Assembly: GCA_963836075.1 (NCBI GenBank)
Contig: CAWIIB010000009.1
Coordinates: 322,437 to 386,436 of the forward strand
Direction of reading: 5' to 3'
Length of the DNA stretch: 64,000 nucleotides
DNA from: an uncultured Acidobacteriota bacterium
Lineage (GTDB): Bacteria > Acidobacteriota > JAQAZP01
Shown here: positions 46,879 to 56,692 of the stretch, in pieces
Layout: every line of letters starts with the position of its first letter
How positions within the stretch are numbered: the first letter of the stretch is position 1
Made by a program: the position numbers and the translations under genes
The notes under the pieces: model-generated
Told to the model about the DNA's origin: nothing
What the model saw: the letters and a program-made list of their open reading frames with translations, nothing else
The model's database searches: none

Positions 46879-49446
46879 ATGATTCATTCGGTAAAGACCT
46901 TCCGGGTGCAGCCGGCACTCCCCGACCCGGTCAAGGGGCTGGTTGAGATCGCCTACAACCTGCACTGGACCTGGCGCAAGGAAACGGTGGAACTGTTCCG
47001 CCGCCTCGACCGGGAGGCGTGGGAGACGTCGGGGCACAACCCGGTGCTGATGCTGGGGACGATGGATCAGCAGCGGCTCGACCGGCTCCCCGAAGACAAT
47101 GGCTTCATGGCTCACCTGGAGCGGGTCCACACCTACCTGCAGGGCTACCTCGAGGCTGAAACCTGGTACGAAAAACAGCACGGCAAACCGGCTGCGCCGC
47201 TGGTCGCCTATTTCTCCATGGAGTTCGGCCTCACCGACTGCCTGCCGATCTACTCGGGGGGCCTGGGCATCCTGGCCGGCGATCACCTGAAATCGGCTTC
47301 CGAGCTCGGCGTGCCGCTGGCCGGGGTGGGGTTGATGTATCGCCAGGGCTACTTCCAGCAGTACCTCAACGAGGACGGCTGGCAGCAGGAGTTCTACCCG
47401 GACAACGACTTCTACAACCTTCCGGTGCGGCTGGAGACCGGGGCCGACGGCGCCCCGGTCACCGTGGCGGTGCCGCTGGCCGACCGGGAAGTACACTGCC
47501 GGATCTGGCGCGCCGACGTGGGCCGGGTCCCGCTCTACCTTCTCGACACCGGCTTTCCGGCCAACAGCCCCGCCGACCGCAAGATCACGCTCCAGCTCTA
47601 TGGCGGGGACCAGGAAGCAAGGATCCAGCAGGAGATCGTCCTCGGCATCGGCGGGATGCGCGCCCTGCGGCAGCTCGGCGTCTGCCCCACCGTCTGCCAC
47701 ATGAACGAGGGCCACTCCGGGTTTCTCGCCCTGGAAAGGATCCTGCACCGCCGGGAGACCCTGAAGCTGAGCAACTGGGAGGCGTCGGAGCTGACCGGAT
47801 GCGGCACGCTGTTCACCACCCACACCCCCGTCCCGGCGGGGATCGACGAGTTTCCCCGGGAGCTGATGACCCGCTACTTCAAGCGCTTCTTCCCCGAGGA
47901 CCCCGATACGCTGGAGAGCTTTCTCTCCTGGGGCCGGCTGCACCGGCGGGCCAACCCCGACGAGCCGTTCAACATGGCGATCATGGCTCTGCGCTTCGCC
48001 GACTTCGCCAACGGCGTCAGCCGGCTCCACGGCCGGGTTTCGCGTAAGATGTGGCAACTGCTCTGGCCCGGGGTCCCCGAGGAGGAGGTCCCCATCGACC
48101 ACGTGACCAACGGCGTGCACATCAACTCCTGGATCTCCTCCGACATGGCCGGGCTTTTCGACCGCTACCTCGGCCCGGACTGGGAGCAGAAACCGGCGGA
48201 CCAGGAGATCTGGGCCGGGGTGGACGGGATCCCCGACGAGGAGCTGTGGCGGACCCACGAACGCCGCAGGGAGCGGCTGGTGGCCTTCACCCGGCGGCGG
48301 CTGCGCGAGCAGCTCCAGCGGCGCGGCGCACCGGCCCCGGAGATCGAGGCCGCCGGCGGCGCCCTGAATCACGACGCGTTGACCATCGGCTTCGCCCGCC
48401 GCTTCGCCACCTACAAGCGGGCCACACTGCTCCTGGAAGACGAAGCGCGGCTCTCGGCGCTGCTGCGCGACGAGGAGCGGCCGCTGCAGATCATCTTCGC
48501 CGGGAAGGCGCACCCCCGGGACGATGAAGGGAAGAACCTCATCCGGCGGATCATCGCCTTCGCCCGCAAGGACGCGATCCGCCGCCGGGTGGTGTTTCTC
48601 GAAAACTACGACATGAACGTGGCCCGCTACCTGGTCCAGGGGGTCGATGTCTGGCTCAACACCCCCCGGCGCCCCCTGGAGGCCTCGGGAACCTCGGGGA
48701 TGAAGGTCTGCGCCAACGGCGGTCTGAACCTGAGCATCCTCGACGGCTGGTGGGACGAGGGCTACGCCCCCTCCCGCGGCTGGTCCATTGGCCTGGGCGA
48801 GGAGTACGACGAATGGAAACAGCAGGATGCCGTGGAGAGCCGGTCGCTGTTCCACATCCTGGAAAGCGAACTGCTGCCGCTGTTCTACGAGCGGGGCACC
48901 GACGGGCTCCCCCGGCGCTGGCTGGCCAAGGTCAAAGCATCGATGCGGGAGCTCTCCCCGGCGTTCAGCGCCAACCGGATGGTCCGCGAGTATACCGAGC
49001 GGTTCTACGTGCCGGCGCAGGAACGCTGGCGCCGGATGGAGGTGGACAACGCACAGCCGGCACGGGACTTCGCCGCCTGGCGGGTGAGGGTGACCAAGGC
49101 CTGGGACGGGGTCAGAGTGGCTGGGGTCCAGGTTGATACACCGACGGAGATCGCGGTTGGAACCGAGCTCCGGGTGACCGCCGAAGTGGAGTTGGGCCAA
49201 CTCACCCCCGCCGACGTGGCGGTGGAAATCTACACCGGAAGCGTCGACAGCGAAGAGCAGATCGGATCCGGGACTGCCGTCGCCATGGCGGACCAGGGAC
49301 AGGGGAAACCCGGAACCTGGGGCTATGCCGGGACCATCGCCTGCACCGACACCGGGCTGCGGGGGCTCTCGGTGCGGATCCTGCCGCACCACGAGATGAT
49401 GGCCGGCAAGCACGACCTGGGGCTGATCCGCTGGGCCGACGCCTGA
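46879..49446 (+). CDS. glgP: Alpha-glucan (glycogen) phosphorylase, DUF3417 + GT35 type.
   Basis: N-terminal DUF3417 (…LVEIAYNLHWTWRKETVELFRRLD…). …EFGLTDCLPIYSGGLGILAGDHLKSASELGVPL…. PLP site …GTSGMKVCANGGLNLSILDGWW…. Confidence 0.85.
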   Translation: MIHSVKTFRVQPALPDPVKGLVEIAYNLHWTWRKETVELFRRLDREAWETSGHNPVLMLGTMDQQRLDRLPEDNGFMAHLERVHTYLQGYLEAETWYEKQHGKPAAPLVAYFSMEFGLTDCLPIYSGGLGILAGDHLKSASELGVPLAGVGLMYRQGYFQQYLNEDGWQQEFYPDNDFYNLPVRLETGADGAPVTVAVPLADREVHCRIWRADVGRVPLYLLDTGFPANSPADRKITLQLYGGDQEARIQQEIVLGIGGMRALRQLGVCPTVCHMNEGHSGFLALERILHRRETLKLSNWEASELTGCGTLFTTHTPVPAGIDEFPRELMTRYFKRFFPEDPDTLESFLSWGRLHRRANPDEPFNMAIMALRFADFANGVSRLHGRVSRKMWQLLWPGVPEEEVPIDHVTNGVHINSWISSDMAGLFDRYLGPDWEQKPADQEIWAGVDGIPDEELWRTHERRRERLVAFTRRRLREQLQRRGAPAPEIEAAGGALNHDALTIGFARRFATYKRATLLLEDEARLSALLRDEERPLQIIFAGKAHPRDDEGKNLIRRIIAFARKDAIRRRVVFLENYDMNVARYLVQGVDVWLNTPRRPLEASGTSGMKVCANGGLNLSILDGWWDEGYAPSRGWSIGLGEEYDEWKQQDAVESRSLFHILESELLPLFYERGTDGLPRRWLAKVKASMRELSPAFSANRMVREYTERFYVPAQERWRRMEVDNAQPARDFAAWRVRVTKAWDGVRVAGVQVDTPTEIAVGTELRVTAEVELGQLTPADVAVEIYTGSVDSEEQIGSGTAVAMADQGQGKPGTWGYAGTIACTDTGLRGLSVRILPHHEMMAGKHDLGLIRWADA

Positions 49447-49515
49447 CCCGGCCATTCACTGCCCGCCGGGGGAAGAGCTTACCAACACGAATAGCCCCGG
49501 GCAATGTGGACTGTT

Positions 49516-49599
49516 TGAAAATGTTGCAAGCCGCGGGTTACTTTCGTGCCCCATTCGTCATTAGTCGGAATGAGGGAACGGCCGCAAAGCGGCGGTCTG
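49516..49599 (+). promoter_or_regulatory. Copy B of an approximately 80-nt conserved upstream element. It contains a GGAAC-N16-TCTG sigmaE/ECF-like -35/-10 candidate at 49575-49599.
   Basis: TGAAAATGTT...CGGGTTACTTTCGTGCC..TCGTCATTAGTCGG..TGAGGGAAC..AGCGGCGG aligns closely with 57433-57514. It sits in the 225-bp gap between glgP and the YPYWY-repeat gene. Confidence 0.4.
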
Positions 49600-49670
49600 C
49601 TTTTCCGCCTTGATGAGCTTGAGTCTCATCTTCCCGGGCACCGCGCCCGGAAGCCCAGGAGAAAAGAGCG

Positions 49671-51224
49671 ATGATAAAATATGTGATGGGAATTCTGTTT
49701 CTCGCCTTGTTGCCCGTTTTCCCGCCGGCCCTGGCGGAAGATGTCCCGCCCCCGGCGGCCGGGGAAAGCGGCGACCTCCAGCTTCTGGAGGATGTCATCT
49801 ACCAGGACCAACAAGCCGTCGAGGCGCTGTCGCTCTACCCCCGGGAGGTTCGGGAGGCGATCTTCATCGTCGCGGCCAGCCCGGACGGCGTGGTGCGCGC
49901 CACCGGCATCCAGGCCCGGTCCAGCGCCAGCTTCGCCGGTCTGCTCTCCGATCTTTCCCAGGAGGAACAGAAGTCGTTCTGGGATCTCAGCCGCTACCCC
50001 GGCCTGATCGACCAGCTGGTGGCCGGCGGGGGGAAGTCGGCCGACGAGATCACCGCCATACTCGTCTCCTGGCCGAATGAGATCCGCGAGGCGGCGCGGT
50101 CATGTGCCGCCACCCATTTTTCCATCCTGGTCCAGGTTCGGCAGTTGAGGACCGCCGCCGAGCAGGCGTTCGATGCGGCCATCGCGGACTATCCAGCCGA
50201 GACCCGGGACGCCTACCGGATGCTGGTCGGCATGCCCGAGGTCTTCACCCTGCTCAACGAGAACATGTCGATGACCGTGCTGGTGGGAAGTCTCTACCGC
50301 CAGGACCCGGAGGCCCTGAAGGCCAGGATCGAGGAGCTGGGCCTGGAAGCGGCACGTAAGAACGCCGAGGCGCTGGAAGACTGGAAAAGGGAGCTGGCGG
50401 AAAACCCCGAGGCGCTCGAGGAACTGAAGGCCTCGGCCGAAGACTTTGCCGTGGAATACGGGGCCGATGCCGAAACCGTTTCCCAGCCGGTTTCCCAGAC
50501 CCGGGTCAACGTGGTCATCGAGCCCTACCCCTACTGGTACGGCTATCCCTACTGGTACCCGTATCCCTACTGGTATCCCTACCCCTACTGGTACTATTGG
50601 GGTTACTACTACGGCCCGGGCGACGCGATCGTCATCTGGGGCCCCCCGTCCTACTACTATACCTGGTGGTACTACCGCTATCCGTCTCACCACTACCGTT
50701 ATCCGCACCTCTCCGATTCGTTTCTCCGGCATCACCAGCGGCACCGGGATGTGAAGAACGGCTTCAACGACGTGGTGGGCCGGTGGAAATCGGACACCGG
50801 ACAGCGCATGGGCCCGGACTGGATGAAGGATGACGGACGCCGCGCCGAGCGTCTCAAGGAATACGGGCGGTTCGAGCGTGACTACAGCGCGGAATCCCGC
50901 GGCATCGCGGGGAGATCGATGTCCCGCAGCGACTACCTGAAGACCAACGGCGGCCGCTACCCGGACCTGCAGACACCGGCCGGCCAGGAGCGGCAGGGCC
51001 TCGGCAGCCGCCAACCCCCGACCGGGTTTCAGGGCGGGCCACCCGAAAGCAGGCTGGATACTCCGCCGCCTCCCCCCGGACCACCGGGGGATGGACGGGT
51101 GGTCATCACCAAGCCCAACGAGGCGCAGAAACTCAACGGGGCCAAGGACCATCACAAGAGCGGGTGGGACAGGAAACCCGGATCGAAACCACCGGCGAGC
51201 CCCCCGGCCGGCCGCCGGCGCTGA
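49671..51224 (+). CDS. Secreted protein with an extreme aromatic repeat (YPYWY)n and a Gly/Pro/Arg-rich tail. Possibly DUF3300-like.
   Basis: Signal peptide MIKYVMGILFLALLPVFPPALA. ...EPYPYWYGYPYWYPYPYWYPYPYWYYWGYYYGP...YYYTWWYYRYPSHHYRYP... The DUF3300 resemblance is from memory only. Confidence 0.55.
   Translation: MIKYVMGILFLALLPVFPPALAEDVPPPAAGESGDLQLLEDVIYQDQQAVEALSLYPREVREAIFIVAASPDGVVRATGIQARSSASFAGLLSDLSQEEQKSFWDLSRYPGLIDQLVAGGGKSADEITAILVSWPNEIREAARSCAATHFSILVQVRQLRTAAEQAFDAAIADYPAETRDAYRMLVGMPEVFTLLNENMSMTVLVGSLYRQDPEALKARIEELGLEAARKNAEALEDWKRELAENPEALEELKASAEDFAVEYGADAETVSQPVSQTRVNVVIEPYPYWYGYPYWYPYPYWYPYPYWYYWGYYYGPGDAIVIWGPPSYYYTWWYYRYPSHHYRYPHLSDSFLRHHQRHRDVKNGFNDVVGRWKSDTGQRMGPDWMKDDGRRAERLKEYGRFERDYSAESRGIAGRSMSRSDYLKTNGGRYPDLQTPAGQERQGLGSRQPPTGFQGGPPESRLDTPPPPPGPPGDGRVVITKPNEAQKLNGAKDHHKSGWDRKPGSKPPASPPAGRRR
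50524..50596 (+). repeat. In-frame tandem nucleotide repeat (15-18-nt units) encoding the YPYWY motif.
   Basis: tacccctactggtac / ggctatccctactggtac / ccgtatccctactggtat / ccctacccctactggtac, seen directly. Coding repeat, not CRISPR. Confidence 0.8.
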
Positions 51225-51261
51225 ATCACCGACCGAACCAGGATCATTGGAGGATTGACGG

Positions 51262-51849
51262 ATGAAAAAAACGATAGTGACTGCCGTAGCAGTGCTGGCG
51301 ATGATCAGCCTCGGCGCCTGCGCCACCCGCACGGTGCAGCGGGTGGACGAAACGCAGCAGGTCGATCTCAGCGGCCGCTGGAACGACACCGATTCACGGC
51401 TGGTGGCCGAGGAGATGATCAGCGACAGCCTCACCCGGGTCTGGATCACCGACTTTGCCGAGGCCAAGGGCAGAAAACCGACGGTGATCGTCGGCCTGGT
51501 GGGGAACAAGACCCACGAACTGATCAATACCGAAACCTTTACCAAGGACCTCGAGCGGGCTTTCATCAACTCGGGCAAGGTCAAGGTGGTCCAGGCCGCG
51601 GGCACCCGGGACGAACTGCGGGGCGAGCGGGCCGACCAGCAGAAATACGCATCCCCGGAAACGATGAAGAACTGGGGGCGGGAGAAGGGGGCCGACTTCA
51701 TGCTCCAGGGGACGGTGAACAGCATCGTCGACGAGTACAAGAAGGACAAGGTGGTCTACTACCAGGTCGACCTGGAGCTGTCCGACCTGGAATCCAACGA
51801 GAAGGTCTGGATCGGCGACAAGAAGATCAAGAAGCTGGTCAAGAACTGA
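51262..51849 (+). CDS. Lipoprotein, LpoB-like (penicillin-binding-protein activator family).
   Basis: Lipobox MISLGAC. Size and the ...KPTVIVGLVGNKT...FMLQGTVNSI... pattern are reminiscent of LpoB/TolB-N-like lipoproteins (from memory). Confidence 0.45.
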   Translation: MKKTIVTAVAVLAMISLGACATRTVQRVDETQQVDLSGRWNDTDSRLVAEEMISDSLTRVWITDFAEAKGRKPTVIVGLVGNKTHELINTETFTKDLERAFINSGKVKVVQAAGTRDELRGERADQQKYASPETMKNWGREKGADFMLQGTVNSIVDEYKKDKVVYYQVDLELSDLESNEKVWIGDKKIKKLVKN

Positions 51850-51925
51850 TCGATGCGCTTGACACCGATTCAACGCGCGGTTCCCGGCACCCTGACGGCC
51901 GGGGCCGCCAACGAACAGGCAGACC

Positions 51926-53351
51926 CATGTCGCTGAACCGTTTGGCCGTGACCGACCTCTCCCTTTTCGCGGCAACCGTCTGCCTGGTCCTGCTCGCTCC
52001 GGCCTGCGCCACCTACTACCAGAAGAACATCGGTTTCCACGAAGCGTTCGTCAAAGGCGACGTGGAGGAGGCCGCGCGGATCCTGGAAAAAGACAAGGGC
52101 GCGGCCAAAGACCGTAACCGGCTGCTCTTCTTCCTGCAGAAGGGCGTGGTGTTGCAGATGCTGCGCGACTACCCGGGGAGCAACGATTTCTTCGAGCAGG
52201 CCTACCTCTTCACCGAGGACGTCCAGCGCAACTACGGGGCCGAGGCCCTGGGCCTGCTCTCCAACCCGCAGGTCACGCCCTACCGCGGCGAAGACTTCGA
52301 GGTGGTCCAGATCCACTACTACAAGGCGCTCAACCACCTCTTCCAGGGGCGCTACGAAGAAGCCCAGGTGGAGTGCCGGCGGATCGACATCAAGCTCAAC
52401 CAGTTCAACGACCGCTATGAAAAGCGGAAGAACCGCTACAAGCGGGACGCCTTTGCGCGAAACCTGATGGGGATCATATTTGAGGCCGCGGGGGACGTGA
52501 ACAACGCCTTTGTCTCCTACCGCAACGCCTACGAGGCCTACCAGGAGGACTACGGGCCGAATTTCGGCGTGCCGACCCCGCTGCAGCTGAAGAAAGACCT
52601 GCTGCGCACGGCGTATCTCAACGGTTTCTCCGACGAGCTGCAGAAATATCAGTCCCTGTTCGGAATGACCCACGAACCGCGGGAGTCTCCGGGCGGGGAG
52701 CTGGTCTTCTTCTGGAACAACGGGCTGGGCCCGGTGAAGGACGAGTGGAGCGTCAACTTCTTCATCGTCAGGGGCCGGGGCGGCCTGGTGACCTTTGTCA
52801 ACGAAGAGCTGAAGCTGGCCCTCCCCTTCCCGCTGGGCGGTTCAGGATCGGGGTCCACGGATCTCGGCGACCTGAAATTCGTCAGGGTCGCCTTTCCCAA
52901 GTACCTGGTGCGCAAGCCCTACTACCGGACAGCGGAACTGGTGGCGGGCGGAAAGACCTTTCCGTTGGAAACAGGCCAGGACCTGAACGAAATCGCCTTA
53001 AAAACGTTGGAAGATCGGATGATCAGGGAGCTTGCCAAGTCACTGCTCCGGCTGGCGGTCAAACAGGCGGCGGAGCAGGCAGTGCGGAATAAGAACGAGA
53101 ATCTGGGCGCCCTGCTCTCCATCGCCCAGGCAATCTCGGAAAAGGCGGACACCCGGAACTGGCAAACCCTGCCCTACAGTATTTCCTATGCCCGGGTGCC
53201 GCTGCCCGCCGGCCAGAGCACGGTGAGCTTCAAGGCCTGGTCACCGAAAGAGAGCCAGGTCTACACGTCCGATTTCCAGTTCGACGGCCAGCCCGGGGTC
53301 AGTCAATTCTACCTGTTTCACAATCTGGAGAGTCTTCCCCTGGGTCAATAG
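51926..53351 (+). CDS. Lipoprotein with TPR-like helical repeats, unknown function.
   Basis: Lipobox LLAPACA. Helical repeat content (…EEAQVECRRIDIKL…AFVSYRNAYEAYQ…). Starts 75 nt after the LpoB-like gene. Confidence 0.45.
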
Positions 53352-53359
53352 AGGTGGCG

Positions 53360-54679
53360 TCAAAATCCGTAGGCGATTCCCAGACCGAAATAGTCGACGG
53401 TCAGATTGTAGAACTGGCCGTGGGGCATGTGCCCGTCGTAGTATTCGAGCAGCAGCTCGATGGAGTGGGCGTCCGAATAGGGGCTGCGGAAGCGCAGCCC
53501 GGCCTTGAGGTTGAAATCGAGGTCCCAGTCCGTTTCCTCCCACACCTTGAAACCCATGCCGGCCACCACCCGCGCCGTGCGCCAGCCGATGGGCGAGCCG
53601 CGGAAGTCGACCCCCCATTGGTACTGCTGCCATCCCAGCGGCGTGTCCGAGTGAAAGATGCCGGTGCCGCCGCCATAGAACCGCAGAAAGCGGATCTCCC
53701 GCGATACGAGTAGTTCCGCCGCCTCGTAGCTGAGGTTGATCCGTTTCTCGATTTTTCCCGGCTGCGGGTAAAGCAGGTACTCGTCGCCAAGATGAGAGGA
53801 CTGGTGATACGCCCGGAGCCGAGCGGACCATTTTCCTTCCCGCCAGGACAGCGGGAACCCGACGATGAAATCCGAATTGATCAGGTCCATTGAAGGGGCG
53901 TCGAGGTTGAAGAGCGAAAACACCGCGCCACTGATGCCCAGCTGAATACCGTCCCCCTCTCTCCTCGCCGGCCGCCGCAGCAGGCCGAAATCCATTCCGA
54001 AGCCCACCGAGGCCATGTTGAAATAGCCGTATTCGCTGTCGTATCGCTGCCAGGTAGTGTGAAATCTCGGCTGCTTCTGGTCGGCCAGCGGCGGGAAGAA
54101 CAGGTGCCCGGAAGGGAAATGGACCGTCTTGCGATCCGGCGGCGTTTCGGCCCACTCGAGCCAGGACTGCCAGCGGCCCGTTCCCTGGGCAGGAGCGCTC
54201 TCCGCCTCCGGCAGCGGTTCCGGGGGCATGATTTCCAGCCTGTTCGTCACCTCGGCCACGCCGGCAAAGGAAATCACCGTCGCGACGAGCCGATCGGCAA
54301 GTTCAACGCTTGGGACAGCACCGGTGAGTGTGACCTCCCCATCGCGAACCGTGACCTCGACCTGCTCCGCATCGAGGCCGTGGGCGAAGAGGAGCCATCC
54401 CTCGATGAACCCGCGCAGGTGCTCGTCATCCGGTGACGGCTGAGCGTCGCTCATTTCGGCATCGGCGGGACCGGCGGCCAGGAGTGCCGGGAAGAAATAG
54501 ATAAGCACACAGGACAGTATGATGAGACCCAATAGCCGCACAAAGACCGACCCGGGAACCATGGCCCGGCCAAAGCAGGGGCCGCCGGTTAGCGGGGTGC
54601 ATGATGACAGGTTGTTCAGTGCGTCGAGCATCGGCACCGTCCACCGTTCAGGCCACGATTTGATCGGCGCTCTCGGCAC
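53360..54679 (-). CDS. BON-domain + DUF1207-type outer-membrane protein.
   Basis: BON-like segment VTLTGAVPSVELADRLVATVISFAGVAEVTNRLEI. C-terminal beta-rich region ending ...GLGIAYGF (typical OMP terminal aromatic). The start is uncertain (GTG 54679 or an internal ATG). Confidence 0.5.
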   Translation of the reverse strand: MPRAPIKSWPERWTVPMLDALNNLSSCTPLTGGPCFGRAMVPGSVFVRLLGLIILSCVLIYFFPALLAAGPADAEMSDAQPSPDDEHLRGFIEGWLLFAHGLDAEQVEVTVRDGEVTLTGAVPSVELADRLVATVISFAGVAEVTNRLEIMPPEPLPEAESAPAQGTGRWQSWLEWAETPPDRKTVHFPSGHLFFPPLADQKQPRFHTTWQRYDSEYGYFNMASVGFGMDFGLLRRPARREGDGIQLGISGAVFSLFNLDAPSMDLINSDFIVGFPLSWREGKWSARLRAYHQSSHLGDEYLLYPQPGKIEKRINLSYEAAELLVSREIRFLRFYGGGTGIFHSDTPLGWQQYQWGVDFRGSPIGWRTARVVAGMGFKVWEETDWDLDFNLKAGLRFRSPYSDAHSIELLLEYYDGHMPHGQFYNLTVDYFGLGIAYGF

Positions 54680-54714
54680 CGATCCTTTTGAGGTGCTTCC
54701 GGTCGGGCGGCCGG

Positions 54715-55598
54715 TCAGTTCCGGACCGGCAGTCGGACCCTGACCTGGTTTCCGGGGGGTGTGAATTCCAGCGTCAGTGTGGCGGTGGCCATCAGCACCC
54801 CTCGCCCGTGGGTGTCGAACATCCTGGATTTGTCCAGCTTCATGTACCGCCGGAAATCGAATCCGGGACCTTCATCCCTTATTTTCACCTCCAGCAGGCG
54901 GTCGCGGCGCCGGACATTGATTGAGACCTTTTTCCTGCTGAATTCCGCCTGGGCCAATCGCCTGCGCCGTTCCTCGGTCAGCTTGCCCTCGGCCAGCAGG
55001 CGCCCCTTGTCCTCGTAGCCGATCCCCAGGTTGCCGTGCTCGATGGCGTTGACCAGCAGCTCCAACAGTCCGACACAGGCATCCGGGGTGCCGGCGGCGG
55101 AAGCGAGATGGACGGCGAGCAGTTCGGCTTCCCGGATCGTTTTCACATGGAAGGTCCCCGCCTCGAGGAGCCGGAAGGCATCCTGCGTCTCCTCGACCTT
55201 CTCGGCGAGCTTCCGTTTCAGCTCCAGGCTCTGGACCGCGGCCCGAATAATGGCCTCCAACTGTGGTTCATCAAACGGTTTGGTCAGAAAGTAATAAGCG
55301 CCGAATTCGATGGCCTTCCTGATGTTCTCGGGGGCGAACTCCGCCGAGTGCACCACGATTTCCACATCAGCCAGCGCCGGCTGATCTTTCATCCAGCCCA
55401 GCAGTTCCATCCCGTCAGCATCGGGCAGGATCCAGTCCATCAGTACGGCGGCAATGTCCGGGCCCTGCCGCCCCACGATTTCCCGGACCTGCTTTCCCGT
55501 CGACGCCGTTTCAAACCGGTAGTCATCATCCTCGAGCATGGACCGCAGGAGGTCGCCTTCGACGGGTTCATCGTCCACGATGAGAATGGTCAGCACGG
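54715..55598 (-). CDS. Response-regulator receiver fused to a GHKL (HATPase, RsbW-like) domain.
   Basis: GTG start with GGAGG. ILIVDDEP...VLMDWILPDADG (REC). ...LLELLVNAIEHGN...IRDEGPGFD...GRGV (N, G1, G2 boxes). Confidence 0.6.
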
Positions 55599-56444
55599 CT
55601 CTTCCTCCTGGTCGGAGAAAATGATGACCGAATCGATCAGCCTGGCGTTGGGCACGCTCCAGGATCCGCCCTCGCCGGTAAACGTCGTCTCCACCGGGCC
55701 AACCTGTTTCACCCGGCCGCGCCGTCCTTCCACCTCGACCCCGGCGCCCACGATGAGACTGCGCCGGAGATAGTGGCCGGCCAGCAAGCCCCGCACGATA
55801 TCCCGCGAGCCGAAGGCGAAGGCCCACCCCATCCCGATGCTGGCCGAGACCACGATCGCCGTGAAGACCATAATGAGGATCTGCGTGTCGATACCCAGCT
55901 GTTCGAGAGCCACGACGCCCACCATGATAACAATCATAATCTTGGCGGTCGTGCCCAACTGTTTGGCAAAGACCAGGTTGGCCGTGGCCGCGCCGGAAGC
56001 GACGAGATTACCGGCGAACTGGGCCAGCAGGACGCCGATGACGATCACCAGCACCGCACCGATCACGCTGGGCAGGAACTGGATCAGACGGTCGATGGTC
56101 ACGGTCACCGCGGATAGACCGAGGATCTCGGCCGCGGAAAGGAGAAAGGTCAGCATCAGGGTCCAGAAGAGGAGGCGCCCGATGATCGCCGAGGGAGTTT
56201 TATCGATGCCGGCGGTGTGGAGCATTTCCCTGATCCCGATCCGCTCCGAAACACGGTCAAATCCGAAACGGTCGAGCAGGCCCCGCGCCGCCGACTCCAC
56301 CAGCCTGGAAACGCCCCAGCCGGCGACGAGGACGAACACGGTCCCGAAAACACTGGGCAGGAAGGCGGCAACGGTGCTGCCGAGTTCGGAGAGCCAGGAG
56401 ATCAGGATTGTCTGCCAGGCGCTGAAGTTCAGCAGTTCATTCAT
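55590..56444 (-). CDS. MscS-like small channel with conserved-TM-helix (PF05552-type) repeats and a degenerate beta-domain.
   Basis: Repeated ...LPSVIGAVLVIVIGVLLA.. helices. C-terminal ...GAGVEVEGRRGRVKQVGPVETTF...SVPNARLIDSVI. Confidence 0.55.
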   Translation of the reverse strand: MNELLNFSAWQTILISWLSELGSTVAAFLPSVFGTVFVLVAGWGVSRLVESAARGLLDRFGFDRVSERIGIREMLHTAGIDKTPSAIIGRLLFWTLMLTFLLSAAEILGLSAVTVTIDRLIQFLPSVIGAVLVIVIGVLLAQFAGNLVASGAATANLVFAKQLGTTAKIMIVIMVGVVALEQLGIDTQILIMVFTAIVVSASIGMGWAFAFGSRDIVRGLLAGHYLRRSLIVGAGVEVEGRRGRVKQVGPVETTFTGEGGSWSVPNARLIDSVIIFSDQEEEPC

Positions 56445-56676
56445 GGTTCTCCTCCTCGATTACAAAAACACCACTGTAGAACAGGCCAAGGAGCGGTACG
56501 CAGCAACCCAGGACGAAAACCGATGAAAAGAATTCGAGAAGATCCCTCCCGGTGACCTCTGCATGGACACGTGCCATCGTCTGCCTGTAGAGGTCGGGAC
56601 GGGGAGCGGGTATGTGGTCATCGAGCCTGGAGAAAAATCTTCCGGCCTCTTCCTCGAGAACTGCTTTCTCGTCCAT
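56437..56676 (-). CDS. Putative anti-sigma factor (small, C-terminal single TM).
   Basis: 80 aa, starts 16 nt after the ECF sigma stop. C-terminal hydrophobic segment FFSSVFVLGCCVPLLGLFYSGVFV. Confidence 0.45.
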   Translation of the reverse strand: MDEKAVLEEEAGRFFSRLDDHIPAPRPDLYRQTMARVHAEVTGRDLLEFFSSVFVLGCCVPLLGLFYSGVFVIEEENHE

Positions 56677-56692
56677 TTCGTCTCCACTCCTT

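Noticed and set aside
50524-50596. Regular short tandem repeat; considered as a CRISPR-like array.
   Set aside because: The period is 15-18 nt with no spacers. It lies entirely inside an ORF and encodes the YPYWY peptide repeat. No cas genes are present in the window.
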